Part shown: one piece after another, positions 10,001 to 17,929 of the stretch | Layout: each line of letters begins with the position of its first letter | Numbering within the stretch: position 1 is the first letter of the stretch | Made by a program: the position numbers and the translations under genes | IMG/VR virus record: IMGVR_UViG_3300031260_000091 | Location: 1-29,476 of that record | DNA length: 29,476 bases | From: a virus | Taxonomy: Duplodnaviria; Caudoviricetes | Strand: one strand, 5' to 3' | Notes under the pieces: model-generated | What the model saw: the letters and a program-made list of their open reading frames with translations, nothing else | Told to the model about the DNA's origin: nothing | The model's database searches: none

Positions 10001-10577
10001 TGGCCAGGCCCACCACTGCGGTGGAGGACATGCCCAGACTCTGGGCGAGGTCCTGCAGCTCCTCACCCATGGCTGCAGCATCATCGCGGCTGAGGTTTGC
10101 GGCCCGCTGGAGGTCCACCAGGGCATCCTCAAAGACGACTGCCTCCCGCGCAGCCAGGCCAAAGGCGGCTGTGCCTGCCACGAGGCGGACGATGCTGCCT
10201 TGCACTGCCTGGATTGCCGCAGAGATGCCCGAGATGCGCCCCTGGAGCTCCGCGATGCGGGCCTGCATGGCTATCCAGGCAGCGCCGAGCTCCTGGGCCG
10301 ATGCCTTGCCCGAGTCCCGCAGCCGGGCAAAGGCAGCCTGCACCCGCTGGATCTCCCGCTGCCCGGACCGCAGCGACCGCACGCCCAGGATGTCGCGGGC
10401 AGCATCGAGCTTGGATGCTGCCTTGAGCCGCTCCAGGCGGCTGCCCAGCTCCTCGATGTCCTGGGCTGCCCCGGCTGCGGCAGGCTCGATCTTGCGCAGC
10501 TCCTCGGTGATGGACGCGATGCCGCGCTTGGCCGCAGCAGTGTCGGCCACGATCTTGATGGCGATTTTATTTTCCAC
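7098..10577 (-). CDS. Tail tape measure protein
   Basis: About 1159 aa, Ala-rich and helical, with a TP901-family core (INELADNAAASEREIV, AGTAMR) and a C-terminal GPGTSTSDSIPAMLSAGEYVV motif. GTG start with GGAGGT RBS. Confidence 0.93.
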   Translation of the reverse strand: MENKIAIKIVADTAAAKRGIASITEELRKIEPAAAGAAQDIEELGSRLERLKAASKLDAARDILGVRSLRSGQREIQRVQAAFARLRDSGKASAQELGAAWIAMQARIAELQGRISGISAAIQAVQGSIVRLVAGTAAFGLAAREAVVFEDALVDLQRAANLSRDDAAAMGEELQDLAQSLGMSSTAVVGLATSAAKTGVAKDELLAFTRVVAQAAMAWDMMPEEAGQAMAKLKNVLGLGVQDMEAFAGAINELADNAAASEREIVEALKLGGASGRQFGLTAKETAALATTFISLGASAEQAGTAMRTMLGRLRLATSDAGEAGKALRSVVGDTKAFARAMATDAKAALMQFLSALSQMTAPERMRVLRDIFQEGLDTENIAKLASDADKLAEALRHAGKSNEELVRSLRDLTSLKLGTTQAEINRLGAAWRNAGEAVGRFFLPFIRAAAVALSAVAQAIDALATTFPALSRLVAFGALLAAAWRPLQMLWGLILVVGGRLKGVLQMVSGAASALATAVRMGTLSFAALRTAMGGLLGPIGLVVTGLSLLWDAWHLLSSDSDDPLAAKRQALSEVSGALRGVGEAAKAAKTQIQASMEEAAAPIDALKADYKAATDSIIADLARRQQAIELQSSLQQAIIEASSLSQRDAIAALAEETRRAEQAKVDAVAQAGRQMEETWQRTYGQAIEIARAAGMDTTALEAEALQAKMAIYQQQEAAYRATVDRLIAEERRFTEAAKRAEEDRALLRMSVQDRIRALQQRTMSEAEAYADRVRQIEEKLAQADMARAAGNFDQARRLAEDAMRLAESNARAVTQTVEQGGRTVTQTIISEAQAAQTAMGQIARAGQIADQAIGAFGQTMQQQAAAAAQALQEPMSRLQQIRQAIEGLAGQQAQAIAVKLDADDAAAKASIERLKQLAAAQKVVVQLEADTKAAQEAIAELRSDPENQQLQMQARIATDRVQDDIPAVQQALEAAGLQIPAELDGEKLAASIEQMRAQVEQPTQSEHTILDNAKEVLDRILSLDGKDTSSTHTIYVREVQRRAMGGLVQRLAAGGQAWRRIVGRVSGPGTSTSDSIPAMLSAGEYVVRAAAVRKYGVGLLEALNRGRLELHSHQTIQQGPQREIRLTIQGPRGQAARVSTTRDEARRLVRLLTAAGV

Positions 10578-10790
10578 CGCGCACCTCCCGCACGACGCGC
10601 TCCCAATCCTCCTGGGATGCATGGGCCAGCCGCATGGCCGCGGCCATGTCTATCCACCTAGCCCGGCGCTCCTCGAGCACGCAGTCCCAAAAGTCTCTAG
10701 CATCCGTCCATGGCATGTCCATCACTGCCTCGTAGCTATAGCCTGCCATGACCAGCCCGGTCACCCAGCGGTGCCACCATCGATGGCTGC
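10567..10790 (-). CDS. Tail assembly chaperone, second (-1) frame, lambda gpT-like; 5' boundary approximate
   Basis: The -1 frame overlaps the end of the chaperone gene, encodes LVMAGYSYEAVMDMPW...FW and ends overlapping the tape measure start. Confidence 0.65.
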
Positions 10791-11084
10791 GGTCACCCTC
10801 CGCGCCGCGTCCTGGATCCGCGGCAGGATGGACCGGACGAAAAAATCGACATTGGCCTCCACCACCTGAGCCGCCAGGTCGATGAGCACGTCTGGGGTCT
10901 GCTCCTCCAGCCATGCCCGGTCCACCCCAGCCCCGATGGCCGTGACGGTGATCAGGGCGTCGGCATGGTGCATCAGAGCAGACCGCAGATCTCCTGCGGC
11001 AATGGCCGCAACTAGCGGCTCGCAGGCCCGCAAAAACGCGGGGAGGTCGCGGACTTTGACCGGAGAAATTATATCTGCCACCAT
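10761..11084 (-). CDS. Tail assembly chaperone, lambda gpG-like
   Basis: Upstream of the tape measure gene; P.KVRDLP...VVEANVDFF motif; GGAGG RBS. Confidence 0.8.
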   Translation of the reverse strand: MVADIISPVKVRDLPAFLRACEPLVAAIAAGDLRSALMHHADALITVTAIGAGVDRAWLEEQTPDVLIDLAAQVVEANVDFFVRSILPRIQDAARRVTAAIDGGTAG

Positions 11085-11095
11085 TATGTCCTCCG

Positions 11096-12469
11096 TCAAA
11101 CCAGCACATACAAAACATATAGTGACGCGCCGTAGGACCATCCTGTCCTGGCGAGTCCAAAAAACGCCGCCACGAAGTTTGCGTTGTCATTGTCTGCGTT
11201 GCACCTGACGCCGCTGCTCGTATATGTGCCTAAGGCACAACCGATATTTGCCACATTGTATAGTGTCCGAGTGCCGCCAGGCTGGATAATGCCAGTTGAG
11301 GACGACTGCGTGCTGGAAGCGTTACGCCGCCAGCACAAAAACTCGGTCTCGCTACCAGAGTACCAGCGCCGTATCAAGATGCCACGTGTTTGGTGCGCCG
11401 CAAACTCAAAATACGCCATCTCCGTCGATGCACACACTAGCCTTCCGGGGATGGTCCTCTGTCTTTGGATTTGAGTGGGAGTGGCTTGCAGCGCGGCAAG
11501 GGCTATGTCAGAGTTCCACACCGCCAGCCTTGCCGTCCCAGACAGCAGCACGGCATCGGCCATCTCGTTATATGTCCACATCTTCGCCGCAGCGAGAGAT
11601 GAGCTGCATATATCCGTCATGGCAGTACTGCTCGCGGCAAGCTCGCTGCTGGCCGTGCTGCTCTGCATGGCGATGTCCATGGGGATGGCGTTGGCGATCA
11701 TCGCCTGCATGGCAGTTGTCGAGCCTGCTATCTGCTGCATCGCCACAGACGACTGGGCGGCCACCGCCATAGCAGTGGGAGAGCCGAGAAATGCGAGCAT
11801 GGACTGCGGGTTGCTCAAGACGGCCTGCATAGCTGCAGCTGAGGACGTGATGCTGGCCACGGCATCATCATGAGATAGCCACGCACGCCTGGGGACCGCC
11901 ATATCCATGAGGTCTGCCATGGCCTCACTATCCCCCACGACCACGGGCCTTGCCACAGAGCTGGCCGCAAATGCCTGCACCGCTACAGCGCTGCCAAGCG
12001 TGTCCTGCCTCCTTAGGTCGTCGTCGAGGAGATACTGGACTGCCGCAGCGCTGCCGGAGATGGCTATCATAGCCCGCCAGCTTTGCAGAATCACTGGTAG
12101 GGCCACGCTGGACCCAAGCATGGCCTGCCATGCTGCCTGTACGGCCAGCAGGTCGGCCATGGCCTCTGAACTGCTCGCGATAGCCTGGGCCGCTGTCGCC
12201 GACCCAGACACGATAGACATAGCCGTGGCAGACCCAAAAATAGCAGCCCGGATCTGTGGGCTGCCAAAGTACGCCTCTGCCACCGGCTGGCTGCCGACGC
12301 TAGTCTGGAAGGCCAGGGCGTTGTCTCCCTCGCCCAGCCATGTCTCCAGGTCCGCAGCAGTAGGATGCGAGGCCAAAAACTCCAGCACCTCTGCCCGTGG
12401 GAGCACGAGCTGGAGGTGCCTCGCTGTCTGCTGGGATGTCCCCAGGAGTGATGCTATCAGTGCATCCAT
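11096..12469 (-). CDS. Putative fibre protein with 11-residue Ala/Ser/Met repeats and a distinct C-terminal domain
   Basis: Many S..AM.AI..S-type 11-mers; the last ~120 codons differ in composition; GGAGG RBS. Confidence 0.7.
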   Translation of the reverse strand: MDALIASLLGTSQQTARHLQLVLPRAEVLEFLASHPTAADLETWLGEGDNALAFQTSVGSQPVAEAYFGSPQIRAAIFGSATAMSIVSGSATAAQAIASSSEAMADLLAVQAAWQAMLGSSVALPVILQSWRAMIAISGSAAAVQYLLDDDLRRQDTLGSAVAVQAFAASSVARPVVVGDSEAMADLMDMAVPRRAWLSHDDAVASITSSAAAMQAVLSNPQSMLAFLGSPTAMAVAAQSSVAMQQIAGSTTAMQAMIANAIPMDIAMQSSTASSELAASSTAMTDICSSSLAAAKMWTYNEMADAVLLSGTARLAVWNSDIALAALQATPTQIQRQRTIPGRLVCASTEMAYFEFAAHQTRGILIRRWYSGSETEFLCWRRNASSTQSSSTGIIQPGGTRTLYNVANIGCALGTYTSSGVRCNADNDNANFVAAFFGLARTGWSYGASLYVLYVLV

Positions 12470-12479
12470 CCGTCCTCCT

Positions 12480-12794
12480 CTAGGCCACGGTGTATCCGGT
12501 CATGCGGCCAGTGCTATCGTATGCGTAGGAGATGGTCTGGGTGCTCCCCGCGTATGCGATGGTGCACACAGCCACCCGCCCTTGGGCATCGTACTGCAGC
12601 GAGGTCGTCCTGGTGCCGCCGGATAGCGTCTCGGCGACAGACTGGATCCGACCCGCGGCGTCGTAGGTCATAGATGCCGCAGAGGGGATCTCCTCGCCGC
12701 CGCCCCCACCGCTGGCCTCGATAGGCAGCGTGTCGGCCGATCGCAGCTCCTCGATGCGCCCGCCGTAGAGGCAGAGAGGTCTTTTGATCGCCAT
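12480..12794 (-). CDS. Small virion-associated protein with YD-like repeats
   Basis: TYDAAGRI / QYDAQGRV / AYDSTGRM repeats after a Gly linker. Confidence 0.7.
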   Translation of the reverse strand: MAIKRPLCLYGGRIEELRSADTLPIEASGGGGGEEIPSAASMTYDAAGRIQSVAETLSGGTRTTSLQYDAQGRVAVCTIAYAGSTQTISYAYDSTGRMTGYTVA

Positions 12795-12803
12795 CGCCAG
12801 TTC

Positions 12804-13319
12804 CTACGCCAGGATGATGCCGTCCTCGATCTCGGTGGAGATGCTGGTAGCCGACACTGCCACGCCGAGCATCTGCACCACCTGGCCACTGCCAGACGGA
12901 GGGGTCTCAGTGGTGGCGCCAGGAGTCGTGGCCGAGAGATACTGGCGTGCACCAGGCGTCTTGCCGCTCACGGCAGTGTTCTGCCCCTCGAAATACACCG
13001 TAGCCTGGCTGCCGCTCGTCACAGCCGAAAGCACAAAGCCCACGGCCTCTTTACCACTCGTCGATGCATCAGCTTTGCGGACTTTTGGCGTACCGGCGTC
13101 GGACCAGATGTTGACGAAATCCCCAGCGGACAGGCTCTCTGATGCCGTGATGGTGGCTGTATCCGCGCCGATACCTACAGGCAGGATGCTGTTGTCCAGT
13201 CGGCCGGTGGCATCTAAAGCAACAATTTTGCCGTCATCCGCCGCCCCTGAGCTGGTAACGGTGGCCTGCACCTCCTGCAGGCGGCCATTAATTAATGCGA
13301 GATATTTTTTCGCGGGCAT
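12804..13319 (-). CDS. Virion structural protein (decoration/cement-like)
   Basis: ASESLSAGDFVNI...AVGFV...ATVYFEG pattern; GGAGG RBS. Confidence 0.65.
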   Translation of the reverse strand: MPAKKYLALINGRLQEVQATVTSSGAADDGKIVALDATGRLDNSILPVGIGADTATITASESLSAGDFVNIWSDAGTPKVRKADASTSGKEAVGFVLSAVTSGSQATVYFEGQNTAVSGKTPGARQYLSATTPGATTETPPSGSGQVVQMLGVAVSATSISTEIEDGIILA

Positions 13320-13331
13320 GTGTGTATCCTC

Positions 13332-13769
13332 CTACTGCATGATGGCCTGATGGCCAGTAATGATGATACGGGACTGGGCCACGGCCAGGGCGATGATCTG
13401 CACCCACCCTGTGCTTGGCGGTGCCTGGGTCAGCAGACCTCCAGGACCGACAAAGATGGGCAGGCCAGGCGTCCACGACCATGACGGCTCGGTCATCTCT
13501 CCGGCGGCCTGGATGGTCGCAGTCTGTCCGGCTAAAGCGGCTCCGGTAGTGATGCCAAGGACGGCATCCTGGTGCTCTGGCGTGTCTGGCTGAGCATAGG
13601 CAGCTCCGGTGGCTGTCGCTACCACCGCACGATGGCCAGAGAGGTCGTGCGCGGCAGGGAGCGTCACCGTCTGGAGGGCCACGCCAGGAGGGCCAGGCGG
13701 GCCTTGTATCCCTGGGATGCCCACCTCCACCACTGGCTGGGGCTGGATGATAGTGACCACCTCAGTCAT
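13332..13769 (-). CDS. Virion structural protein with a short collagen-like segment
   Basis: GIPGIQGPPGPPG, followed by a domain resembling the downstream gene (LSGHRAV...GITTGAA...WSWTPG). Confidence 0.7.
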   Translation of the reverse strand: MTEVVTIIQPQPVVEVGIPGIQGPPGPPGVALQTVTLPAAHDLSGHRAVVATATGAAYAQPDTPEHQDAVLGITTGAALAGQTATIQAAGEMTEPSWSWTPGLPIFVGPGGLLTQAPPSTGWVQIIALAVAQSRIIITGHQAIMQ

Positions 13770-14097
13770 GGGTCATGTCCTCCATGACAACGAGGCTCTG
13801 CTGCTCAATAGTTTGCACATCACCGCCAGGCCACGTCACCTCTAGGTCCCAGCGGTAGGTCCCTGGGGGGACGGTCATGGCGGATGCTGGCATGATGAGT
13901 GAGATGCGCCCCTCTGCCGGGGATATGGTGATGCGGCCGTCGGCAGTGGACGCCTCGGCCACCTTAGCCCCAGATCCATCCCGTACATGCAGGCGCGCCG
14001 TGGCTCCAGAGAGGTCCACGGCGCTTCCAGTGTCGTCTCTCAGCACCCAGCTCCTCCGCCAGGTGTCTCCGCGGAAGTGCCTTACGGCCGTGCCCAC
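13762..14097 (-). CDS. BppU-like adaptor protein
   Basis: RGDTW...VDLSGATARLHVR...G.Y.WDLEV pattern. Confidence 0.7.
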   Translation of the reverse strand: MGTAVRHFRGDTWRRSWVLRDDTGSAVDLSGATARLHVRDGSGAKVAEASTADGRITISPAEGRISLIMPASAMTVPPGTYRWDLEVTWPGGDVQTIEQQSLVVMEDMTHD

Positions 14098-14108
14098 GGC
14101 GGCCCCCC

Positions 14109-14900
14109 TTACGCCGCCATAAGCTGGCGGAAGTATTTAGAGCCGGAGGTGATGGTGCCGTCCATGAGGATGGATCCCTCGAGCTCAAAGCTCGCCGCCT
14201 CTTCGCCCGTGATCAGGCTGTACTCCTTGGCCGGATCGATCACGAAGCGCGGCACCTCGATGATCACGGGGGTGTTGCCGCCCAGAGTGTTCAGCCCCTC
14301 GAAGCGCAGGAAGCGCTCTGGCGCGGCCTGGGTGAGGGCGTCCACGCGCACCTGGGCGGCGTAGCTGTAGTCGATCGCCAGCGCATCGCCATCGGTGAGG
14401 CCAGACGTCGCGAGCGTGCCGGAGTCGCCATTGAACATGATGGAACCGGCATCGGCGTTCACCTTGTAGTCCCAGCTGCCGCTGCCGGTGTATTCAACCA
14501 GCGTGGTCGCGCCCTTGGTCACCACCACGGACGACACATTGACGTGGCCAAGGGGCATCACCGCGCCGCCGAAGAACTTGCTGGCCATGCCGGTGATGCT
14601 GCCAGCAGGCACCAGCACGCCATCGCCGCGTAGCGCCAGGGCCAAATTTTCCCGGCTGTAGTGCTCGATGGTCATCGAAAGGGATGCCTTGGTCTCGGTG
14701 ATGAGGCGGAAGTCCACCGCCCGCTGGCCGGTCTGCGACTCCTTATGCTCTACGCTGGCGGTATCGATGGATATCTTGAGCGAGGAGACGTTGCCGATGG
14801 GTTTGAGCCCCAGAGGGCGGCCGGTAATGGGGTCACGCTCACCCATGAGCACGACGCCCTGGCCCGAGTAGTAAACCGATTGAATATCCCAAGTTGCCAT
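14109..14900 (-). CDS. Major tail tube protein (siphovirus type)
   Basis: YYSGQG...GNVSSL...EHKESQTGQR and LRFEGLNT motifs; no sheath gene anywhere in the genome. Confidence 0.85.
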   Translation of the reverse strand: MATWDIQSVYYSGQGVVLMGERDPITGRPLGLKPIGNVSSLKISIDTASVEHKESQTGQRAVDFRLITETKASLSMTIEHYSRENLALALRGDGVLVPAGSITGMASKFFGGAVMPLGHVNVSSVVVTKGATTLVEYTGSGSWDYKVNADAGSIMFNGDSGTLATSGLTDGDALAIDYSYAAQVRVDALTQAAPERFLRFEGLNTLGGNTPVIIEVPRFVIDPAKEYSLITGEEAASFELEGSILMDGTITSGSKYFRQLMAA

Positions 14901-14901
14901 G

Positions 14902-15249
14902 TCAGTCCTCCGTGATGGTGATGTCGAACACGAGCCGCGCCGCGACCTTCAGGTCATCGACACGCTCCTCAATGGAGGCGAGCCACAGGCGGGCGCGCTG
15001 GCGGCCGTCCGTGACCTCGAACGGGGCGATCAACGCGCCGGCCACCGCATCGGTGGGGAGCGCCTCGGGGGTCTCGGCCAGCAGCCACACCTCAACCTGG
15101 CCCTCGATGCGGGTGTCGCGGCGTGGCATGGCAAGCCTGGGGTAGAGCACCGTCAGGCGCTCGCGGCCCCACAGGTCGCCGACGAGGCCAGGCGCTGCCT
15201 GCTCCACGCGCTGGCGGATCGCCGTCTCCATGGCCCGCCGCAGGCTCAC
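14902..15249 (-). CDS. Putative tail completion/terminator protein
   Basis: Size and position immediately before the tail tube gene; translationally coupled. Confidence 0.55.
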   Translation of the reverse strand: MSLRRAMETAIRQRVEQAAPGLVGDLWGRERLTVLYPRLAMPRRDTRIEGQVEVWLLAETPEALPTDAVAGALIAPFEVTDGRQRARLWLASIEERVDDLKVAARLVFDITITED

Positions 15250-15572
15250 AGCAGCCTCCCCATGACGATGGACACTGCGGCCGCGATCACCGACGCCGCA
15301 ATGCCCGCCACCCAGCCGGCCACCGCCCGCACCCGCTCCAGGTCCGTGATCCGCACATCAAAGTCGTCACAGCGCTCGTCCAGGCCGTCCAGTCGCTCAT
15401 GGGTCTGGGTCACGGCATCCCGCATGGCCGTCTGCTGCTCCTCAATGCGCACCAGCCGCACCACCGCATCCCGCATGTCCGCAATGTCCCGGCACTGGGC
15501 ATCCAAGATCGTCTCGATCCGGGACAGCCGCGCCGCCACTTCCGCGCAATCGAACTCCTGTGTTTGAATCAT
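15246..15572 (-). CDS. Coiled-coil protein with a C-terminal transmembrane helix (holin-like candidate)
   Basis: Heptad pattern followed by hydrophobic AVAGWVAGIAASVIAAAVSIVMG. Confidence 0.6.
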   Translation of the reverse strand: MIQTQEFDCAEVAARLSRIETILDAQCRDIADMRDAVVRLVRIEEQQTAMRDAVTQTHERLDGLDERCDDFDVRITDLERVRAVAGWVAGIAASVIAAAVSIVMGRLL

Positions 15573-15690
15573 TCAAACCCCGTTTGAATTGGCTTCTGTG
15601 CCCCGCAAAAGGCCTTCCCCATGTCTCACTATAGTGCCGCCACAAAAACGCCTCTGGCGGCCTCTGAGAGCGTCAGACGCGCCAGACACC
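15562..15690. promoter_or_regulatory. Central AT-rich palindromic site; candidate strong gyrase site
   Basis: GTTTGAA-TCA-TTCAAAC-CCC-GTTTGAA palindromes about 0.8-0.9 kb from the genome midpoint (14761). Mu carries a central strong gyrase site. Confidence 0.4.
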
Positions 15691-15997
15691 CGTCTGCCTG
15701 CCGCCGGCAATGGGCGGCAAAGCCTTCCGCCTCCGCCGGGGTCAGAAACCGCCACTCCACCTGTCCTTCCAGCCTCCCGACCTTGGCCGCGCCGGCGAGC
15801 GCAAAGGTGTGCAGCACCGGCGCGCTGGAGGCCGCCGCCAGCCACGCCACTGCGTCCATGGCCTCCGGGTGCCCCAGGAGCGCTGCCGGCACGCGTGCCG
15901 CGATCTCGCGGCGCGCCAGATCCAGATGCGCCTCCAGCAGCACCTCCGGCACCTCCGCCGGCCAGCCGGTCAGCTCCCGTACGCGTTCGGGCGTCAT
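15629..15997 (-). CDS. Putative head completion/head-tail connector
   Basis: Directly after the major capsid gene; about 122 aa, helical. Confidence 0.6.
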   Translation of the reverse strand: MTPERVRELTGWPAEVPEVLLEAHLDLARREIAARVPAALLGHPEAMDAVAWLAAASSAPVLHTFALAGAAKVGRLEGQVEWRFLTPAEAEGFAAHCRRQADGCLARLTLSEAARGVFVAAL

Positions 15998-16008
15998 GGA
16001 TGCCCCCC

Positions 16009-16035
16009 GTTGGGGCACGGCATGCCGCGCCCTAC
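16009..16035 (-). repeat. GTAG-family REP-like palindrome after the capsid gene
   Basis: Minus strand GTAGGGCGCGGCATGCCGTGCCCCAAC. Confidence 0.55.
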
Positions 16036-16039
16036 CAAA

Positions 16040-16933
16040 TTAGTAGCCATACACGCAGGCCTGTTTGACCGCGATCTCAAAGTCCACGGCAAAGTCGAAC
16101 ACCCACCGCAGCGCCCGGGCATCGTCGTCCCAGCGCCGCTTCTGCCAGATATCGGTGGAGATGCCGAAGATCAGGTTCTGCGGCGGGGTAAAGAGCAGCT
16201 TGCCCGCCGGGCAGTAGGGGCTGGTGAGGATGGGCCGGCCCAGGAAGCGCCGCAATGGGCTGTCGGCCACCAGGGCCGAGCCGGTCACATGCTGGCCGAG
16301 CTCGTAGGCGTAGGCATCGGCGTCGCCCTCGTTCATGACAAAGGCCGCCTGCGGGCGATAGACATCCGGGCAGGCGTCGAAAATGGCCTTGAGCGCCGCG
16401 CGCCACCCCCCGGCACCGCTCGGGTCGATGTCGACCTTGACGGTGGTGCCGGATTCGGACGCGATCTGCACCCAGCCCTTGTTGAGGGTGGTAAAGCCTG
16501 CGCTGTTGTCGTCCGCCACCCCGTTGAAGGCCAGGTCTTCCAGCTCCGCCTCCATGCGATTGGCGAGCGCCGCCTCCACCTCCGCCACCAGATTCGGGTT
16601 GTCGGCGTTATCCCGCAGGGCCGACAGCGCCATCTGCGGAAAGAGCTGCACGGGCAGGGCAGTGAGCATGCAGCCCGACTGCGTGGCGCCCAGTCGCTGG
16701 GCATCGGTGGGCGTCTGCCCCTCGGGCACGCGCACGAGACTGCGCGCGGCAATCCCCAGCACCGAGACATCGGCGCTCATCTTGCGCATCCGGCGTGTGG
16801 TCACGTTCTTCATGAAGCCGGCCGAGGCAATGAGGGTGATGAGCCGCTCGGCCGCCTGGGGCCGCAGCTGCCCGCCGGGGTTGAGGTCGCCGGGATTGAT
16901 CATCCCCTTGGCGATTTTGATCAGGTCATGCAT
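16040..16933 (-). CDS. Major capsid protein (HK97 fold; P2-family/PBSX XkdG-like)
   Basis: 297 aa; GGQLRPQAAERLI, ELEDLAFNG...NKGW and LFTPPQNLIFGI motifs; downstream of the protease. Confidence 0.88.
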   Translation of the reverse strand: MHDLIKIAKGMINPGDLNPGGQLRPQAAERLITLIASAGFMKNVTTRRMRKMSADVSVLGIAARSLVRVPEGQTPTDAQRLGATQSGCMLTALPVQLFPQMALSALRDNADNPNLVAEVEAALANRMEAELEDLAFNGVADDNSAGFTTLNKGWVQIASESGTTVKVDIDPSGAGGWRAALKAIFDACPDVYRPQAAFVMNEGDADAYAYELGQHVTGSALVADSPLRRFLGRPILTSPYCPAGKLLFTPPQNLIFGISTDIWQKRRWDDDARALRWVFDFAVDFEIAVKQACVYGY

Positions 16934-17168
16934 GGCACATCTCCTTGTCGAAGGTCTCCGCCCAGGCCACGCCGGCGGCGGTGATGAACAGCTTGTCGCC
17001 GTGGCGACGGATGAGGCCAGCCTCGATGAGCAGCCGCACCTGGTGCTCCGGGCAGCCCAGCTCGAGAAACTGCAGGCGCTTCACGCCCTTCCAGCCCTCT
17101 TTCCAGTCCAGATACAGCGCGCGCACGATGGTGAGGCGCTCGCTGTCCGGGGCAAGCTGCGGCGTCAT
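16926..17168 (-). CDS. Small winged-helix protein (Mu gp26-like pattern)
   Basis: D.ERLTIVRAL...LIEAGLI...ITAAG..WAE; overlaps both neighbours. Confidence 0.55.
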   Translation of the reverse strand: MTPQLAPDSERLTIVRALYLDWKEGWKGVKRLQFLELGCPEHQVRLLIEAGLIRRHGDKLFITAAGVAWAETFDKEMCHA

Positions 17169-17929
17169 ACGAAGCTCTCCGATGTCGCCTTGTCGGTGCC
17201 GGCATCGCCCTCGGGCGCGCCGGCAGGCCGCGCCTTGAGGGCCTCCACTTCGGCCTCGAGCCGCTCGATGTCCTTGGCGAGCCGCTCACGGTCCTCCTCC
17301 AGGGTCTTGATGCGGGCATCCTTGTCGTCCAAGGACTTTGCCAGTCGCTCGCGCTCGGCATCGGCCGCGGCCAGCGCCGCGCTCTCATCCAACACCTGGC
17401 GCACCATCGCCTTCACATCCTCCAGGGTCATACGGTCTCCTTTTTTCGGGTGCAGTAGTCTGGCCAGCAGGCCCCTCTTTTCCATCTGGGCTGTGCCAGC
17501 AAGCGAAATCCCTTCCACCTCGTCGGCCTCAATGGCGTCCCACAGCGCCGCGTCCTCGATCTGGATGCCCACCGCCCAGGCCCCTTCGCGCTCGGTGGGA
17601 AAGAGCGGGTCGCCTGAGCGGATGATCCAGCTCTCGGCCACAAAGGCCGGCACCGGCTCGAACTCATGCTCCCGGTCCACACACCGGGCGCGGCCCTCCT
17701 GCATCCACGTATCGGCCGCCTTGCGGATGGTCTCGGCGTCGGCCCAGTCGCCCTGGGCGTCCATCTCATCGGGCGCATAGACGATGCCGTAGAGGCGCTT
17801 GAGCCGCCCGTCGGCCTTGGTCAGGCGCACCGCGTGCGCACCCGCGGCGCACTTGAGGACCACCCCCCGGCCGTTGGCCGGGCGCTTGACGAGGGAAATG
17901 AAGTGTACAACGAGATTTTCCAGTTTCAT
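17165..17929 (-). CDS. XkdF-like prohead serine protease with a C-terminal coiled-coil scaffold
   Basis: ISLVKRPAN, YGIVYAPDEMDAQGD, DREH, VAESWI and GISLAG motifs; coiled-coil tail. Confidence 0.88.
   Translation of the reverse strand: MKLENLVVHFISLVKRPANGRGVVLKCAAGAHAVRLTKADGRLKRLYGIVYAPDEMDAQGDWADAETIRKAADTWMQEGRARCVDREHEFEPVPAFVAESWIIRSGDPLFPTEREGAWAVGIQIEDAALWDAIEADEVEGISLAGTAQMEKRGLLARLLHPKKGDRMTLEDVKAMVRQVLDESAALAAADAERERLAKSLDDKDARIKTLEEDRERLAKDIERLEAEVEALKARPAGAPEGDAGTDKATSESFV

Noticed and set aside
7059-10869. Long plus-strand ORFs (648, 367 and 330 aa)
   Set aside because: Antisense to the tape measure gene.
12480-12794. Rhs toxin
   Set aside because: Only three YD-like repeats in 104 aa; no Rhs core or toxin domain.
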